Shown: piece by piece, positions 11,101 through 21,900 of the stretch
Layout of the letters: every line of letters begins with the position of its first letter
How positions within the stretch are numbered: position 1 is the stretch's first letter
NCBI GenBank assembly: GCA_965224705.1
Contig: OZ245056.1
Span: 2,624,001-2,688,000 of the forward strand
From: Spirochaetaceae bacterium
GTDB taxonomy: Bacteria; Spirochaetota; Spirochaetia; DSM-2461
DNA: 64,000 bases
Direction of reading: 5' to 3'
Translations under genes and position numbers: made by a program
The notes under the pieces: generated by a model
What the model was told of the DNA's origin: nothing
Seen by the model: only the letters and a program-made list of their open reading frames with translations
Databases searched by the model: none

Positions 11101-11547
11101 GGAGCGGCAATTCATGCTGTAGTAATGGAAACTGTGGGCCAGTGTGCAGGCTAATTCCCAGAGTCTGTTGATTCGGTCAGAGCTCAGGTACTGGTGAACC
11201 TGCTGGAATACTTCATCAGTTTCCGGGATTTCTTCCAGCGCTTTGAACAGGATTAATTGCATATCATCAAGGAAGAGTATTTTCTCGCCGTTTCCACCAA
11301 CAAGATGGCAGGCGGCGGGAAATCCAGAAGCAAACTTCCTCAGGGCCTGTTCGGGCATGAGAAAGTTCAGCCCCATCACCCCCCCCTGTTTTTCAGTCAA
11401 ATATCGGGAGAGCCACTCGCCAAGACCCTCATTCTGAACGATTATGTAAACGGGATCGGAGAGGGGATTGTCAGGAATGAAAATTTCCGGGAATTCATCT
11501 AAAAACTTCTGCAAATTGGACGATCTGTAAAGATGATACCCACTCAT
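8167..11547 (-). CDS. recC: Exodeoxyribonuclease V gamma subunit
   Basis: 1126 aa; N-terminal LYRSSNL...PL..IIVQNEGL..WL, RAIPFRRIYVLGL, LVSFLKNPVMYFFRQR; 4-bp overlap with recB. Confidence 0.9.
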   Translation of the reverse strand: MSGYHLYRSSNLQKFLDEFPEIFIPDNPLSDPVYIIVQNEGLGEWLSRYLTEKQGGVMGLNFLMPEQALRKFASGFPAACHLVGGNGEKILFLDDMQLILFKALEEIPETDEVFQQVHQYLSSDRINRLWELACTLAHSFHYYSMNCRSMVETWEENMSFPGPAGMSHPDETWQRHLWCRILHPNAPYAHLGQVLSAVSRSNEKYVGEDARIVLFGSNFLGKSGLEFFRKLAATLDIHHFMLSPCSSLDKPAGMYLGNNARLSAGINSLIPVLKPEHQYEFWDNSNTEDSTLHRLRSSLIKDEDFTGSPVEDGSLSFHNTPGIHRSIEILKDQILTALSNDEKLAPGQIGVLAPEIGLYAPFIATVFSSLDEDGFPRRDHLPCSITDLPARDESPFPSALSAMLDLPGSRFGRCELIRLLENPCIAPVAGDPALAGQWKTLIEDLNIRWGVDETHRRSLGAADPLTGSWQQGFQRILAGYYHDEGDDPETIPMPDISDSMAEDSGQLMLFIAKLDEEIRPLDRKIMSLRRWVSLWEGIIARWLIPRRDRIVRVEDEYHQRRIKRNLRDLNALSDDVDHLSDFSNSNLPWQVFRGLLDDFLSSSSGRRSNDTNRGVYCGSLKPTRAIPFRRIYVLGLDENTWPTQDRLTGFDLRKNVPGAIDLSRESIERFALLETLYSASDHLSLFYTGRDSVNGEALSPAAPVLDLMEYLGDGVEKLIVHHPLLPYDPSALTGEGPLATTSIKALYLAEERGRTPVQMRNLPVSPPENNDSVNWKTLVSFLKNPVMYFFRQRMGAGFLSSKDEQENYDLLELESLEWWKWRDETVREDVSAFKDPEKFIQVFCRRNYLISAMSNTPFAAFQSERWLKDAKTMKDQLHRITNEGFHPGPSFSCRLTEKAGDLIDHNKLHDIPNQEILNLPAPKMALAGTSPLLVNGDINGLRLLSKDGKPDRRVWTFLDFISNHTPNASYNLHNWVAALVLATALGENTPGEIRVFRIGARDYKARRYYFKEDMVPAGSAGEKRLIINPAEHLANLVNFYRRGQKTPLPLYPELAERIKKSADPGDDEDFKEAAASIWEEIVTNDFKPFSAMRDCPWRKRFLPNPPLDDDQLHRAYRAIYIEGGLL

Positions 11548-11606
11548 ATTGAAATAATCATATACTATGTTTCCTAAATCCTGAAAGCTGTATACTCTTC
11601 CAGAGT

Positions 11607-12014
11607 ATGTTTTATGTAGAACTCACTGTGCGTGATTATGAATGTGATCAGCAGGGAATTGTTAATAATTCCGTTTATTTGAATTATCTTCAACATGCCC
11701 GTCATGAATTTGGCCGGTCTGTTGGGATGGACTGGCTGGATCTTACTTCTAAAGGTACGAATCTGGTTCTCAGGAAGGTTGAGCTCAACTATTATCGCTC
11801 TCTGTATCCCGGGGATAGAATCCGAATAACGGCCAGACCGTATCGAAAGGGGATGTATCGGCTTTATTTTGATCAGGAGATTCTTCTCCTGCCGGATGAA
11901 CTGCCAGTACTGAAGGCTAAGCTGAATATTGCCTGCGTCATTGACGGGAAACCGGCAGCACCGGCCGATATTGATGCATGGTTTGGGGCTGTTGAGTCAA
12001 TGACCGATCCATGA
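11607..12014 (+). CDS. Acyl-CoA thioesterase (YbgC/FadM, 4HBT-like)
   Basis: VRDYECDQQGIVNNSVYLNYLQHAR hot-dog fold motif. Confidence 0.9.
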   Translation: MFYVELTVRDYECDQQGIVNNSVYLNYLQHARHEFGRSVGMDWLDLTSKGTNLVLRKVELNYYRSLYPGDRIRITARPYRKGMYRLYFDQEILLLPDELPVLKAKLNIACVIDGKPAAPADIDAWFGAVESMTDP

Positions 12015-12038
12015 CTTCTATTTTCGATGGGATCAGAT

Positions 12039-12905
12039 CTATCCTGCCTCCCCATCGTCACAGGTCTTCTCGGCTGGATTTTCAGATTCATTCTTCAGCG
12101 GAGTTTCCCTATCTACTGGAGAACCCCATGATTCAAGTCTGTCTGCAATGAATTCCAATATCTGCCGATGCTCATTCTTGCCTCTTCCAATGGGTTTGAC
12201 AGGCATGCCGAAAGCAATATTGCATGGAATATCGCTGCGAAGCGGGCCATAATCCTTGAATCGTTTCCCGACTCCCCAACAGTCTGTTCGGAGGGCTACA
12301 GGCACAACGGAAACACCAGCCCTTACAGCGAGTTTAATGGCCAGGGAGTTGAATTTGCTGTACTTAAAAACATCCTGCCGGGTACTTTCAGGGAACAAAA
12401 TCACAGAGACACCTTCCTTGAGAAGCCGGGTTCCTTCCTTCAAGACCTGATTCAAGTCTTCACCGGGATGCTTCCGTTTAACCGGGATTGCTTTTAGGCG
12501 TTTGACAACCTGGCCGAAAAAAGGAGTTTTCAGGAGGGAAGCCTTTATTACAAAAGTCATGGGTATGCGGGATGCGACCAGACCGGGTAGGGCATTAACC
12601 TCAAAAGTTCCCTTGTGATTACAGGCAAACACATATGGGCCATTTTCGGCCGGATAATTGTTCAATCCTTCAAATGTCAAATGAATGCCCTGCTTTTCAG
12701 TGATTCTCATGACTCTCAAAGCCTGAAGGGTTACGGCTTTCTGGGGATCTTTTGATACCAGGAATTTCAACCCTGACCATATAACCAGGAGACTGTAGCG
12801 CAGGTAAAACCAGAATTCTCCCTTGAAGAAGCGGCTGTTTTTAAATCTTTGATGCTTTTGAGGATCTGTTGAGTATCGATCTGATGATATATCGGGAAGG
12901 TACAT
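12039..12905 (-). CDS. 1-acyl-sn-glycerol-3-phosphate acyltransferase family
   Basis: NHxxxxE variant of NHX4D, FVIKASL, IPVKR, LFPESTR. Confidence 0.85.
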   Translation of the reverse strand: MYLPDISSDRYSTDPQKHQRFKNSRFFKGEFWFYLRYSLLVIWSGLKFLVSKDPQKAVTLQALRVMRITEKQGIHLTFEGLNNYPAENGPYVFACNHKGTFEVNALPGLVASRIPMTFVIKASLLKTPFFGQVVKRLKAIPVKRKHPGEDLNQVLKEGTRLLKEGVSVILFPESTRQDVFKYSKFNSLAIKLAVRAGVSVVPVALRTDCWGVGKRFKDYGPLRSDIPCNIAFGMPVKPIGRGKNEHRQILEFIADRLESWGSPVDRETPLKNESENPAEKTCDDGEAG

Positions 12906-12917
12906 ATCGACTCCAGT

Positions 12918-13745
12918 CTAACCAAATTCCAGTGAACCCTGGGTTTCATTTCTGAGGTTACCTGATTGTATACTCTTTTCCCAATATGCTTCAGTGGAGG
13001 CGTTCAGATCATTGTATGACAGATTGAGATCCTGCAGGTGTGAAAGAGTTCGAAGTGACTCAGGTATAAACACAATTCGATTCATGGCAAGATCCAATGT
13101 GCGCAGATACTGCATATGACACCAGTTATCCGGAAGGCTGGAGATTCTATTCCCCCTGAGAGAGAGTAGACGAAGTGATTTAAACCGGCTCATACAGGGA
13201 AGGGTTGTAATACGGTTGAAAGAAAGGTTGAGAGCTGACAGCCTGGTGAGTTTTAGAATTGATTTTGGGATGCAGGTTAGCTTATTCCCGGCGAGATCCA
13301 GAATACGCAGGGAACTGACCTCGGAAATCATCTCAGGCAGTTCTCTAAGTCCCATGTTCCTTATAATGAGAATTTTTAATTGCGGCAGCATGAAAAGTCC
13401 CTGAGGAAGATGAAATTCCCTGAAGAAGTTTCCTTCAGTCATCTTCACTCTCAATACCCTGTGCTTGAGTAGAAATGTATCAGGAGCCATACCCAGGAGT
13501 TCATACATTGCATAGAATAGTGCAGGATTCTTGGCAGAATCGCTGGAATTTGAAAAAAAGCCTTCAGGAATAAGATTCCCTCTGGAATCGATATGACAAT
13601 CTTTGAAAAACTCCTCACAAAGAACTTCAAAGTTGGGTTTTTGTTTCAGACCATTGATGAGTACATCAATCTCATGGTATTCCGAGTTCAAAAATGTGTA
13701 CCGCAACCGATCGATCAGATCTTGACGGCTGTCAGACATTTCCAT
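12918..13745 (-). CDS. Leucine-rich repeat protein
   Basis: Repeated LxxLxLxxNxIxxLP motifs in the C-terminal half. Confidence 0.85.
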   Translation of the reverse strand: MEMSDSRQDLIDRLRYTFLNSEYHEIDVLINGLKQKPNFEVLCEEFFKDCHIDSRGNLIPEGFFSNSSDSAKNPALFYAMYELLGMAPDTFLLKHRVLRVKMTEGNFFREFHLPQGLFMLPQLKILIIRNMGLRELPEMISEVSSLRILDLAGNKLTCIPKSILKLTRLSALNLSFNRITTLPCMSRFKSLRLLSLRGNRISSLPDNWCHMQYLRTLDLAMNRIVFIPESLRTLSHLQDLNLSYNDLNASTEAYWEKSIQSGNLRNETQGSLEFG

Positions 13746-13819
13746 TCAATTATAATGATTGACCTTCAGTGTTATGTCAAACTTGGAAATCAAGAGAAGG
13801 CATCAAATTCCATGATACG

Positions 13820-14323
13820 CTAAAAATCAGTAATCAGTATTGAACCTCCACTGCCAAGCGCCTCCCTTCCATGCTTCATGCATTTCAGTAGAATTGCCAG
13901 TTGTTCAGGTTCAAACTTCTTATAAATAATACCATCTGTGAAGCCAGCCTCCTGAGCCCAGTGATTCCAGGAATTTGCGATACTCCTGATTTCTTCGTCT
14001 ATTTTAATACTGTTTGAATTGTTTATTAAACTGGAACGAATACTGCTCATCCAGTTCTGCAATTTGTCAGGATCAGGCCATGGATCAAGAAATGGCTGAC
14101 TGGGCCGGTGGAGTTTGAGTTTTACAGTATAGGAGAATTGATGTGTCTCCATATCAACAAGTATCTGCCTGTAGTCTATTTCCATTCCAAGTTTCTCAGA
14201 CATCAGGTGGTCAGTTCTACTCAAGGCATCCAGGGAAATTCTGACTGCCGGAAGCATTTGTCTGCGTCCATTGTTTTGAATCTGAGTGGTTAATTGTACC
14301 TGGTATTGGATTTCCTGATTCAC
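13820..14323 (-). CDS. Hypothetical protein, translationally coupled to recR
   Basis: 167-aa ORF with a 4-bp overlap with the recR stop; no motif recognised. Confidence 0.7.
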   Translation of the reverse strand: MNQEIQYQVQLTTQIQNNGRRQMLPAVRISLDALSRTDHLMSEKLGMEIDYRQILVDMETHQFSYTVKLKLHRPSQPFLDPWPDPDKLQNWMSSIRSSLINNSNSIKIDEEIRSIANSWNHWAQEAGFTDGIIYKKFEPEQLAILLKCMKHGREALGSGGSILITDF

Positions 14324-14928
14324 ACGGAAGTTTCCTGGTCTGCCAGATTTTGACGGGCTTTCAATGCTCTTGAAATGCTGAGCTTATCGGCATATTCCAT
14401 ATCACCTCCCACAGGCAGCCCGGAAGCGATTCGAGTTACATTGATGCCCTCATCGGCCAGCATGTGCAATATGTAAAGTGCGGTCGAATCACCTTCCAAT
14501 GTAGGATTCGTTGCAACAATAATTTCATTCACACCGTATTGACGAATACGGGATAACATCCTGTTGAGTCCAAGCTCATCCGGTCCCATGCCGTCCAGAG
14601 GTGAAAGAACCCCATGGAGAACATGATATAAGCCCTGGAATTCCCCTGTCATTTCAATTGTTGCTACATCTTTTGGATGCTCTACAACACACATTATATT
14701 CTGGTTTCTCCCGGGAGAATCACAAACTTCGCATAAGGCCGATTCTGCATAATTACCGCATTCTCTGCATCGCATTATATGGCGGCGTATTTCCATCAGG
14801 TCCGTAGAAAAATTCTGAATGAACTCCTTGTTTGTCTCCAGGAGCCAATAGGAGATTCGGGATGCACTTTTGCGTCCTATTCCCGGCAGCCTGGAGAAAT
14901 GATTGATTAAACGGTCCAATCGTTCCAA
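14320..14928 (-). CDS. recR: Recombination protein RecR
   Basis: LPGIGRKSA HhH, CxxC..CxxC zinc finger, Toprim motif YHVLHGVLSPLDG, ATNPTLEG; TTG start. Confidence 0.96.
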   Translation of the reverse strand: MERLDRLINHFSRLPGIGRKSASRISYWLLETNKEFIQNFSTDLMEIRRHIMRCRECGNYAESALCEVCDSPGRNQNIMCVVEHPKDVATIEMTGEFQGLYHVLHGVLSPLDGMGPDELGLNRMLSRIRQYGVNEIIVATNPTLEGDSTALYILHMLADEGINVTRIASGLPVGGDMEYADKLSISRALKARQNLADQETSV

Positions 14929-15252
14929 TTAAGGACCCTTGCCCGTTAGATCAGATGGGATGTTGAGATCGACTGCAGCCTTACCAAGATCTTTTTGCAG
15001 AATCAGTCTCATTTTCCTGACAGCATCGGTAAAGGATGCCGCAATCAATTCTTCCAGCATTTTGATATCTCTGGGATCAACTGCGATGGGATCTATGGTG
15101 ACAGATATTGCTTCCATTGTTCCATCCACAACGACTTTCACCAGGTCGCCGCCGGAGGACCCTTCAGCACGGAATGATTTAAGTCTTTCCTGGGCCAGTC
15201 CCAGTTTGGATTGCAGAGTCTGGAAATCCTTTATAAAATCCATTGGATTCAT
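14929..15252 (-). CDS. ybaB: YbaB/EbfC nucleoid-associated protein
   Basis: EGSSGGDLVKVVVDG...DIKMLEELIAAS; between dnaX and recR. Confidence 0.93.
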   Translation of the reverse strand: MNPMDFIKDFQTLQSKLGLAQERLKSFRAEGSSGGDLVKVVVDGTMEAISVTIDPIAVDPRDIKMLEELIAASFTDAVRKMRLILQKDLGKAAVDLNIPSDLTGKGP

Positions 15253-15256
15253 CTTT

Positions 15257-16792
15257 TCATCTTCCTATAATCTCTCCCTGAAATACCTTTTCTACCAGAG
15301 CCGATCGGGTTTCAACCGGTTCTTCCGGCCGGGTATCCTGAATTTCTTCTGTTTGAACCTGAATAGAAAATGGCTGTAATCCAATTCTGTCACCGGCTTT
15401 GTGTAATATCTCAACTTTTTTCAGTACCATGTCAGTGTCAAATCTTGATAAGAAAATCATTGTCAGACAATTATCATTCCATTCCCACCGTTTGAGCCGC
15501 TCCAATGTTGTTCCCAGAGAGACATTGATATGTTTCACCTGGGTAATCAGCTCCTGAAGTTTTTCCTGGTCGAGATTATCAGATGCCTGTACCATACGGC
15601 TGATCTCCCCGCTCATCTCCTCTGGCCGGTCTTTGGTATTCCAGTCACCTTTTAGAAGTTCCTGCCGCAAACTCTTGATCTCATCAAGTATCTCGGAAGC
15701 ATCCAGTTTTTCAGACAGTCGACACAATCTTCCAGTGAAGAGTTCCAGCTCGTATCGGGGATTGATGGAATACCGCATGTTCCTGTAGAGAGTAAAAGCA
15801 TCCTCGGCCGCAGTATTCAGCCTTGTCAAACTCCAGTTCTCCCGGGGACTTGATGGAAAACTACCGGCACTTTGTCCCAAAAGGGATTCGTTTTCAATAC
15901 CATGATTCAATAGCACCAGATTCCGGAGGAAGTCTGCCATTTCGATTACAATCTGTTCAATTGCTTTACCCGACGAAATAATCTCATCCAGAAGTTCCAA
16001 TGATTCCTTCCTGCTGCCATTGGCTGCTGTTTCAAACAGTCTGGCTATGGATTCCATGCCCACAAGACCCATCTTTTCCCGAATTTCTGGGAGGGTTATT
16101 CTTCCTTCAGAAAAGGAGAGGATCTGGTCAAACAGTGTGTAAGCATCCCTCATGGAGCCTCCGGCTTCCCTGGCAATCCAGTACAGGGCGTCATCCTCAA
16201 AATCCCTCTTCATCTCACCAGCAACTTCAACCAGTTTATCCCGAATCAATTCAGGAGTGAATAGTCGGAACCTGAACTGCTGGCAGCGGGATCGTATTGT
16301 CGCAGGAACCTTGTGCACTTCCGTTGTCGCAAACATGAAAACTATGTAGGGAGGAGGCTCTTCGATTGTTTTTAATAACGCATTAAATGCACTGTTGGAC
16401 AGCATGTGAACTTCATCAATAATATAGACTTTTTTTGAAGAACTCTGCGGAGCGTAAAGAATTTCATCTTTGATTTCACGAACATCATTCACGCTGGTGT
16501 TGGATGCCCCATCTATTTCGATGACATCGGGTGAGTTGCCGTTTGCAATTTCCACACAGGGAGGGCATTCACCGCAGGGAGAGGCTGTTGGACCTTTTTT
16601 ACAGTTTAAGGACCTTGACAGTATCCTGGCAGTAGAAGTTTTGCCCGTGCCGCGTGGACCTGAAAAAAGATAGGCATGGGCAGTTTTATCTGTCTCCAGA
16701 GCATTGGACAATGTGGAAACAACAAACCCCTGGCCAACTATTTCCGCCAGAGTTCTGGGTCGTTTCCGTATTGCTGTGACTTCAAATTCCAT
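15257..16792 (-). CDS. dnaX: DNA polymerase III subunit gamma/tau
   Basis: HAYLFSGPRGTGKT, EIDGASN, IIDEVHMLS, LLKTIEEPP, TIRSRC. Confidence 0.97.
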   Translation of the reverse strand: MEFEVTAIRKRPRTLAEIVGQGFVVSTLSNALETDKTAHAYLFSGPRGTGKTSTARILSRSLNCKKGPTASPCGECPPCVEIANGNSPDVIEIDGASNTSVNDVREIKDEILYAPQSSSKKVYIIDEVHMLSNSAFNALLKTIEEPPPYIVFMFATTEVHKVPATIRSRCQQFRFRLFTPELIRDKLVEVAGEMKRDFEDDALYWIAREAGGSMRDAYTLFDQILSFSEGRITLPEIREKMGLVGMESIARLFETAANGSRKESLELLDEIISSGKAIEQIVIEMADFLRNLVLLNHGIENESLLGQSAGSFPSSPRENWSLTRLNTAAEDAFTLYRNMRYSINPRYELELFTGRLCRLSEKLDASEILDEIKSLRQELLKGDWNTKDRPEEMSGEISRMVQASDNLDQEKLQELITQVKHINVSLGTTLERLKRWEWNDNCLTMIFLSRFDTDMVLKKVEILHKAGDRIGLQPFSIQVQTEEIQDTRPEEPVETRSALVEKVFQGEIIGR

Positions 16793-16838
16793 CAGTCTCT
16801 ATTCTAGCCTGAAACTCGGGAGATCACAAGACAAAAAA

Positions 16839-16949
16839 CCCGCAATCTGTGAGTCTTGCGCGAACAGTGACTGACCGCTTACCGCTGCTTCCTTCCAGAC
16901 CTGACGGGGTTGGGCGGCAGTCATTAACACGGGACCCACAAACTGCGGG
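16839..16949 (-). ncRNA. ffs: Signal recognition particle RNA (small type)
   Basis: Minus strand contains TCAGGTCTGGAAGGAAGCAGC (domain IV) in a long stem CCCGCAGTTTGTGGGT...ACTCACAGATTGCGGG followed by a T run; usual position upstream of dnaX. Confidence 0.93.
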
Positions 16950-16953
16950 AAGA

Positions 16954-17041
16954 CGGAGCGGGAGGGATTCGAACCCTCGGTACCCGGTTAGAGTACATAC
17001 GCTTTCCAAGCGCACACCTTCGGCCTCTCGGTCACCACTCC
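16954..17041 (-). tRNA. tRNA-Ser(GGA)
   Basis: GGAGTGG...CCGCTCCG, anticodon loop TTGGAAA, long variable arm, GTTCGAATC. Confidence 0.95.
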
Positions 17042-17278
17042 CAATGCCTGCATGACTGAAATCACAATCCTTCGGCATGCAGAACTATGTCTCCTGCTAT
17101 TTTCTTTTACATTGCATCGTGTTGCAACAGTATTTGTGATTGAATTCAGCACATCAGAAAGAAAGTGCCGCTCCCGGGAGTCCATCCATTTTTTTACAGC
17201 GCTACATCGTCAGAGGTATGGTGGCAGGTTCCGTAAAGTAATTCCTGCATCCGCATTCTTCGTTCCATCGGCAATGCT

Positions 17279-18631
17279 TCAAACTACTCCCTGGTCAATC
17301 ATGGCATCGGCGACTTTTCTAAAGCCGGCAACATTGGCCCCAACGACATAATCCTCAGGAACATCCAGATCCCGGGCAGCGGCCAGACAATCCTCATGAA
17401 TGCTATTCATAATGCCCCGCAACCGACCATCCACCTCCTCTCTGGTCCATGCCAGCCGCATACTGTTCTGTGACATTTCCAGGCCGGAAACAGCCACTCC
17501 TCCCGCGTTAGCGGCCTTTCCCGGCCCGAACAGGACGCCGGAAGATTGAAAGATGGAAACAGCATCGGGTTCCACCGGCATATTGGCCCCTTCTGCCACA
17601 CAAATACATCCGTTCTTAACGAGGGTCCGGGCATCGGATTCATTCACCTCGTTTTGTGTCGCACAGGGAAGTGCGATTTCAGCAGCTTCCAGTTCCCAGG
17701 GCCGTTTCCCTTCGTAGTATGTGGATTTGAATTCGTCCGCATATTCCTTGATACGTCCTCGACGCTGATTCTTGAGTTCCTTTACCCATTCCACCTTCTC
17801 CCGGGTGATTCCCTCATGATCGATTATGGAACCCGATGAGTCGGAGAATGAAATGGGGATTCCTCCAAGGTCAAGTACCTTTTCTGCGGCAAACTGAGCG
17901 ACATTTCCTGAACCTGAAACAAGAACTTTTTTCCCTTCAAAGGTTGTTTTTCGTGCGGCTTCCAGCATGGCCTGTGCAAAGTAAACCGCACCATAGCCTG
18001 TGGCCTCCGGCCGAATCAAACTTCCTCCCCACTTCAAACCCTTCCCGGTGAGAATGCCTTCAAAAGCGTTGCGAAGTTTTTTGTATCGTCCAAACATATA
18101 GCCAATTTCTCGGCCGCCAACACCAATATCTCCCGCAGGAACATCGGTATTCGGGCCAATATGACGATGCAGTTCATCCATGAAGGCATGACAGAACCTC
18201 ATTATTTCGTCATCTTTTTTTCCCTTTGGATCAAAATCACTGCCGCCTTTTCCACCTCCAAGGGGAAGGCCGGTCAGGCTGTTTTTGAATATCTGCTCAA
18301 ATCCTAAGAATTTCAGGATTCCCAGAGTCACGGAAGGATGAAAACGAAGACCGCCTTTGTAGGGGCCGAGTGAACTGCTGAACTCAACACGAAAACCACT
18401 GTTTACCTGGACTTCTCCACTGTCATTTGTCCATGGGACCCGAAATATTATTACACGTTCAGGCTCCACCAATCGCTCCAGAATGCGATGCTTCCTGTAA
18501 CGCGGCTCCCTGTCCATCAATGGTCCAAGGGATTCCAGAACTTCCTGAGCGGCTTGAAGAAACTCATGTTCCCAGGGGTATTTCCCGGACAGTTTTTCAT
18601 ACACTTCATTTGCATATCCACGCATATTCAT
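17279..18631 (-). CDS. gdhA: NADP-specific glutamate dehydrogenase
   Basis: GPYKGGLRFHPSV, GGGKGGSDFDPK, RPEATGYG, GSGNVA, PGKAANAGGV; start placed at ATG 18631 after GGAG (ORF track starts at 18640). Confidence 0.97.
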   Translation of the reverse strand: MNMRGYANEVYEKLSGKYPWEHEFLQAAQEVLESLGPLMDREPRYRKHRILERLVEPERVIIFRVPWTNDSGEVQVNSGFRVEFSSSLGPYKGGLRFHPSVTLGILKFLGFEQIFKNSLTGLPLGGGKGGSDFDPKGKKDDEIMRFCHAFMDELHRHIGPNTDVPAGDIGVGGREIGYMFGRYKKLRNAFEGILTGKGLKWGGSLIRPEATGYGAVYFAQAMLEAARKTTFEGKKVLVSGSGNVAQFAAEKVLDLGGIPISFSDSSGSIIDHEGITREKVEWVKELKNQRRGRIKEYADEFKSTYYEGKRPWELEAAEIALPCATQNEVNESDARTLVKNGCICVAEGANMPVEPDAVSIFQSSGVLFGPGKAANAGGVAVSGLEMSQNSMRLAWTREEVDGRLRGIMNSIHEDCLAAARDLDVPEDYVVGANVAGFRKVADAMIDQGVV

Positions 18632-18918
18632 ACACTCCATTAAATCGAAAAGTATAGAAGTATATCAAAAGATCCATTCTTGATAGAAGCAGATTGGGTT
18701 GATATTCGGGTAGATAATTGAGGTTTCAGCAACAATACTCTGGCGATATCCTCGATCTGGTTTCAATGCCTTCTTATCCTGTTGTGCCGACTGAAACCGG
18801 GAGAATGTTGAAGAATAAGTAGATTTCGACATTGATATTCCACAGGCTTATGTTTATCTTTGTAACTTTGTAACTACTGCCGGAAAGAGTATCTGACTTA
18901 AGGACGAGGAGCGTTTAC

Positions 18919-21900
18919 ATGCTTAAGACCAGCGGGCTGTATGACCCTCTACAGGAACACGATGCCTGTGGAGTTGGATTCATCGCCAGGATTAACGGAA
19001 TTAAATCCCATGACATAGTTGAAAAAGGTGTGGAGATCCTCTGCAGGCTTGAGCACCGGGGAGCTGTAGGAGGGGATCAAAAAAGTGGTGACGGGGCCGG
19101 TATGCTCATACAGATGCCCCATGATTTTCTTGATAAGGCAACCTCCTTCTCACTCCCGGAGGCAGGTACGTACGGAGTGGGAATGACATTTCTGCCGGAA
19201 AATCCAGAAAGGCGGTCAATTGCTGCTCAAATGACAGAGAAGATCTGTGCTGCTGAAGGATGGGATTTTCTTGGGTGGCGGGATGTGGAGGTTAATCCGG
19301 ATTGTCTGGGTGATATTGCCCGACGGAGCATGCCATGCATCCGGCAGTTCTTTGTAAAAAAAGATTCACTCTCGGGGAAAAACCTGGAAAGGCATTTGTA
19401 CATATTGCGGAAATGCCTGATCCGAGCCGGTAATGAGGCTGGTTTTGTTATCGAAGAATACTACATGGTTTCACTTTCCAGTCAAACAATTGTTTATAAG
19501 GGAATGTTCGTAGCCAGCCAGTTTCTTTCTTTTTATACGGAATTAACGGACCCGGACATGGTGAGTGCTCTGGCATTGGTTCATCAGCGGTACAGTACAA
19601 ATACCTTTCCTTCGTGGCCACTGGCTCATCCTTTTCGGTACATTGCCCACAACGGCGAATTCAACACTATCAGACGGAATCTCAACACAATGCACGCCCG
19701 GCAGGCCAGTCTTTCTTCGGAACTTTTCGGGGATGAACTTGAAAAACTATATCCCATAGCTGTTTCAAAGGGGAGTGATTCCGCCGTATTTGATAATGTT
19801 TTTGAGCTTCTGGTTCATGCCGGCAGGGATATGGAGCATGCCATCATGATGATGATACCGGAAACCTTCGGTGCCAAATATCATATGTCCGAGGATAAAC
19901 GGGCTTTTTACGAGTATCATGCGGCAGTCATGGAACCCTGGGATGGACCCGCTGTTATCGCCTTTACCGATGGGACGAGAATCGGGGCAACTCTGGATCG
20001 GAATGGTCTCCGGCCGGGCCGATACACGGTCAGCAGGGATGGATTGGTAGTGATGGCTTCTGAAGCCGGTGTGATTGATTTTAAACCGGAAGAAATATTG
20101 GAAAAAGGGCGGCTGGCACCGGGGAAAATATTCGTTGTGGATGTCAATCGCGGACGCATTATTCGTGACAATGAGGTAAAAAGCCGCATAAGTTTGAAAG
20201 TTCCCTACCGGCGCTGGCTCAGTGAGGAAAAAATTGAACTCTCCGGACTTTTACAGGCACCGCGCAAGGCCAGGTACGACCCCAAAACCCTGAGTTTCAT
20301 CATGAGATCATTCGGCTATACATTCGAGGATATGAAAAAAATCATTATTCCCATGGCCCAGAATGGCCAGGAGCCCGTGGGTTCCATGGGCAATGATAAT
20401 CCAGTACCCGTACTCTCTGAAAAACCCGTCCTGCTCTTTGACTATTTCCGGCAGCACTTTGCCCAGGTGACCAATCCTCCCATTGATCCGTATCGGGAAA
20501 ATCTTGTTATGTCCCTGATGAGTTTTGTGGGCAGGGAAGGCAATCTGCTCACTGAAACCCCTTCCCACTGCCGTCAGCTAAAATTAGCTCATCCTGTACT
20601 CACCAATGATGATATCAAGTACCTGAGAGAAGTGGAAATAGAGGACTTCTCTGTATCAACGGTTGGATTGATCTATTCTGCCGATCTCCCCCCGGGAAGT
20701 ATGGAGAAAAAGCTTCAAAACGTGTGTCTGGAGGTGGAAGAGGCCATTAATAAGGGCACTTCACTGGTTATTCTGACAGATAGAGGGATTGACAGGCATC
20801 ATCTGGCCATACCCACACTTCTTGCCGTTTCCGCCATTCATCATCATTTGATACAGGTTGGTAAACGTCATCTGGCTGGCTTGCTTCTGGAATCCGGAGA
20901 GGTGAGGGAGGTCCATCATTTTGCAACCCTCATAAGTTTTGGATGCAGCGGCATCAATCCATATCTTGTGTTTGAAGTTCTTTCAGACACAAGGAAAAGA
21001 GGTTACTTCCCCGAAAATCTTTCCCTGCAGCACGCAATGGAGCATTATATTATGGCCATAAAAAAGGGCCTGTTAAAAGTTATGTCCAAGATGGGCATTT
21101 CCACTCTGAGAAGCTACAGGGGATCCCAGAGTTTTGAAGCTGTTGGTCTGTCAGAATCCCTGATAAATAAATACTTTCCGGGCACTGTATCCCGCATCGG
21201 CGGATTGGATATGGCTGCCCTTGAAAAAGATTTGCTTTCCCGTCATCAATCGGCCTGGGCAAGAGACAATGTTTATGCGAATCGATTCCCATCCGGAGGA
21301 GTTTATTCATCCCGTGTGGACAACGACCGTCATCTATTTGATTCGGATGCCATCGTCGCCATGCAGAAAGCTGTACGGACAGGAGACTATCAGGCATTCA
21401 AGGAGTATTCGTTCATCGTCAACGACAGGGCCAGAGGACTGAATACTCTCCGGGGACTTTTCAGTTTCCACAGGGGAAAATCAATTCCCATCGATCAGGT
21501 TGAAAGCGTGGAAGCCATAGTTAAACGGTTTACAACAGGGGCCATGTCGTTTGGGTCAATCAGCCGGGAAACTCATGAAACAATTGCCATAGCCATGAAT
21601 GGCCTGGGAGCCCGGAGCAATTCGGGGGAAGGGGGTGAAGATGAAAGCAGGTGTGAAATTGATGAAAATGGGGCTGACAGGAAGAGTCATACAAGACAGA
21701 TAGCTTCAGGCCGCTTCGGAGTGAATGCGGCCTACCTGGCCAACTGCAGTGAGCTGCAGATTAAAATGGCTCAGGGGGCCAAGCCCGGCGAAGGCGGTCA
21801 ACTGCCGGGGCATAAAGTAGACGAGGTGATAGCCCGGGTTCGTTTCACCACGCCGGGAGTGATGCTCATCAGCCCTCCTCCACACCATGATATCTACTCA

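Noticed and set aside
15410..16440. Programmed -1 frameshift in dnaX
   Set aside because: The A runs seen are not in the A-AAA-AAG phase and not at the position expected for a gamma product
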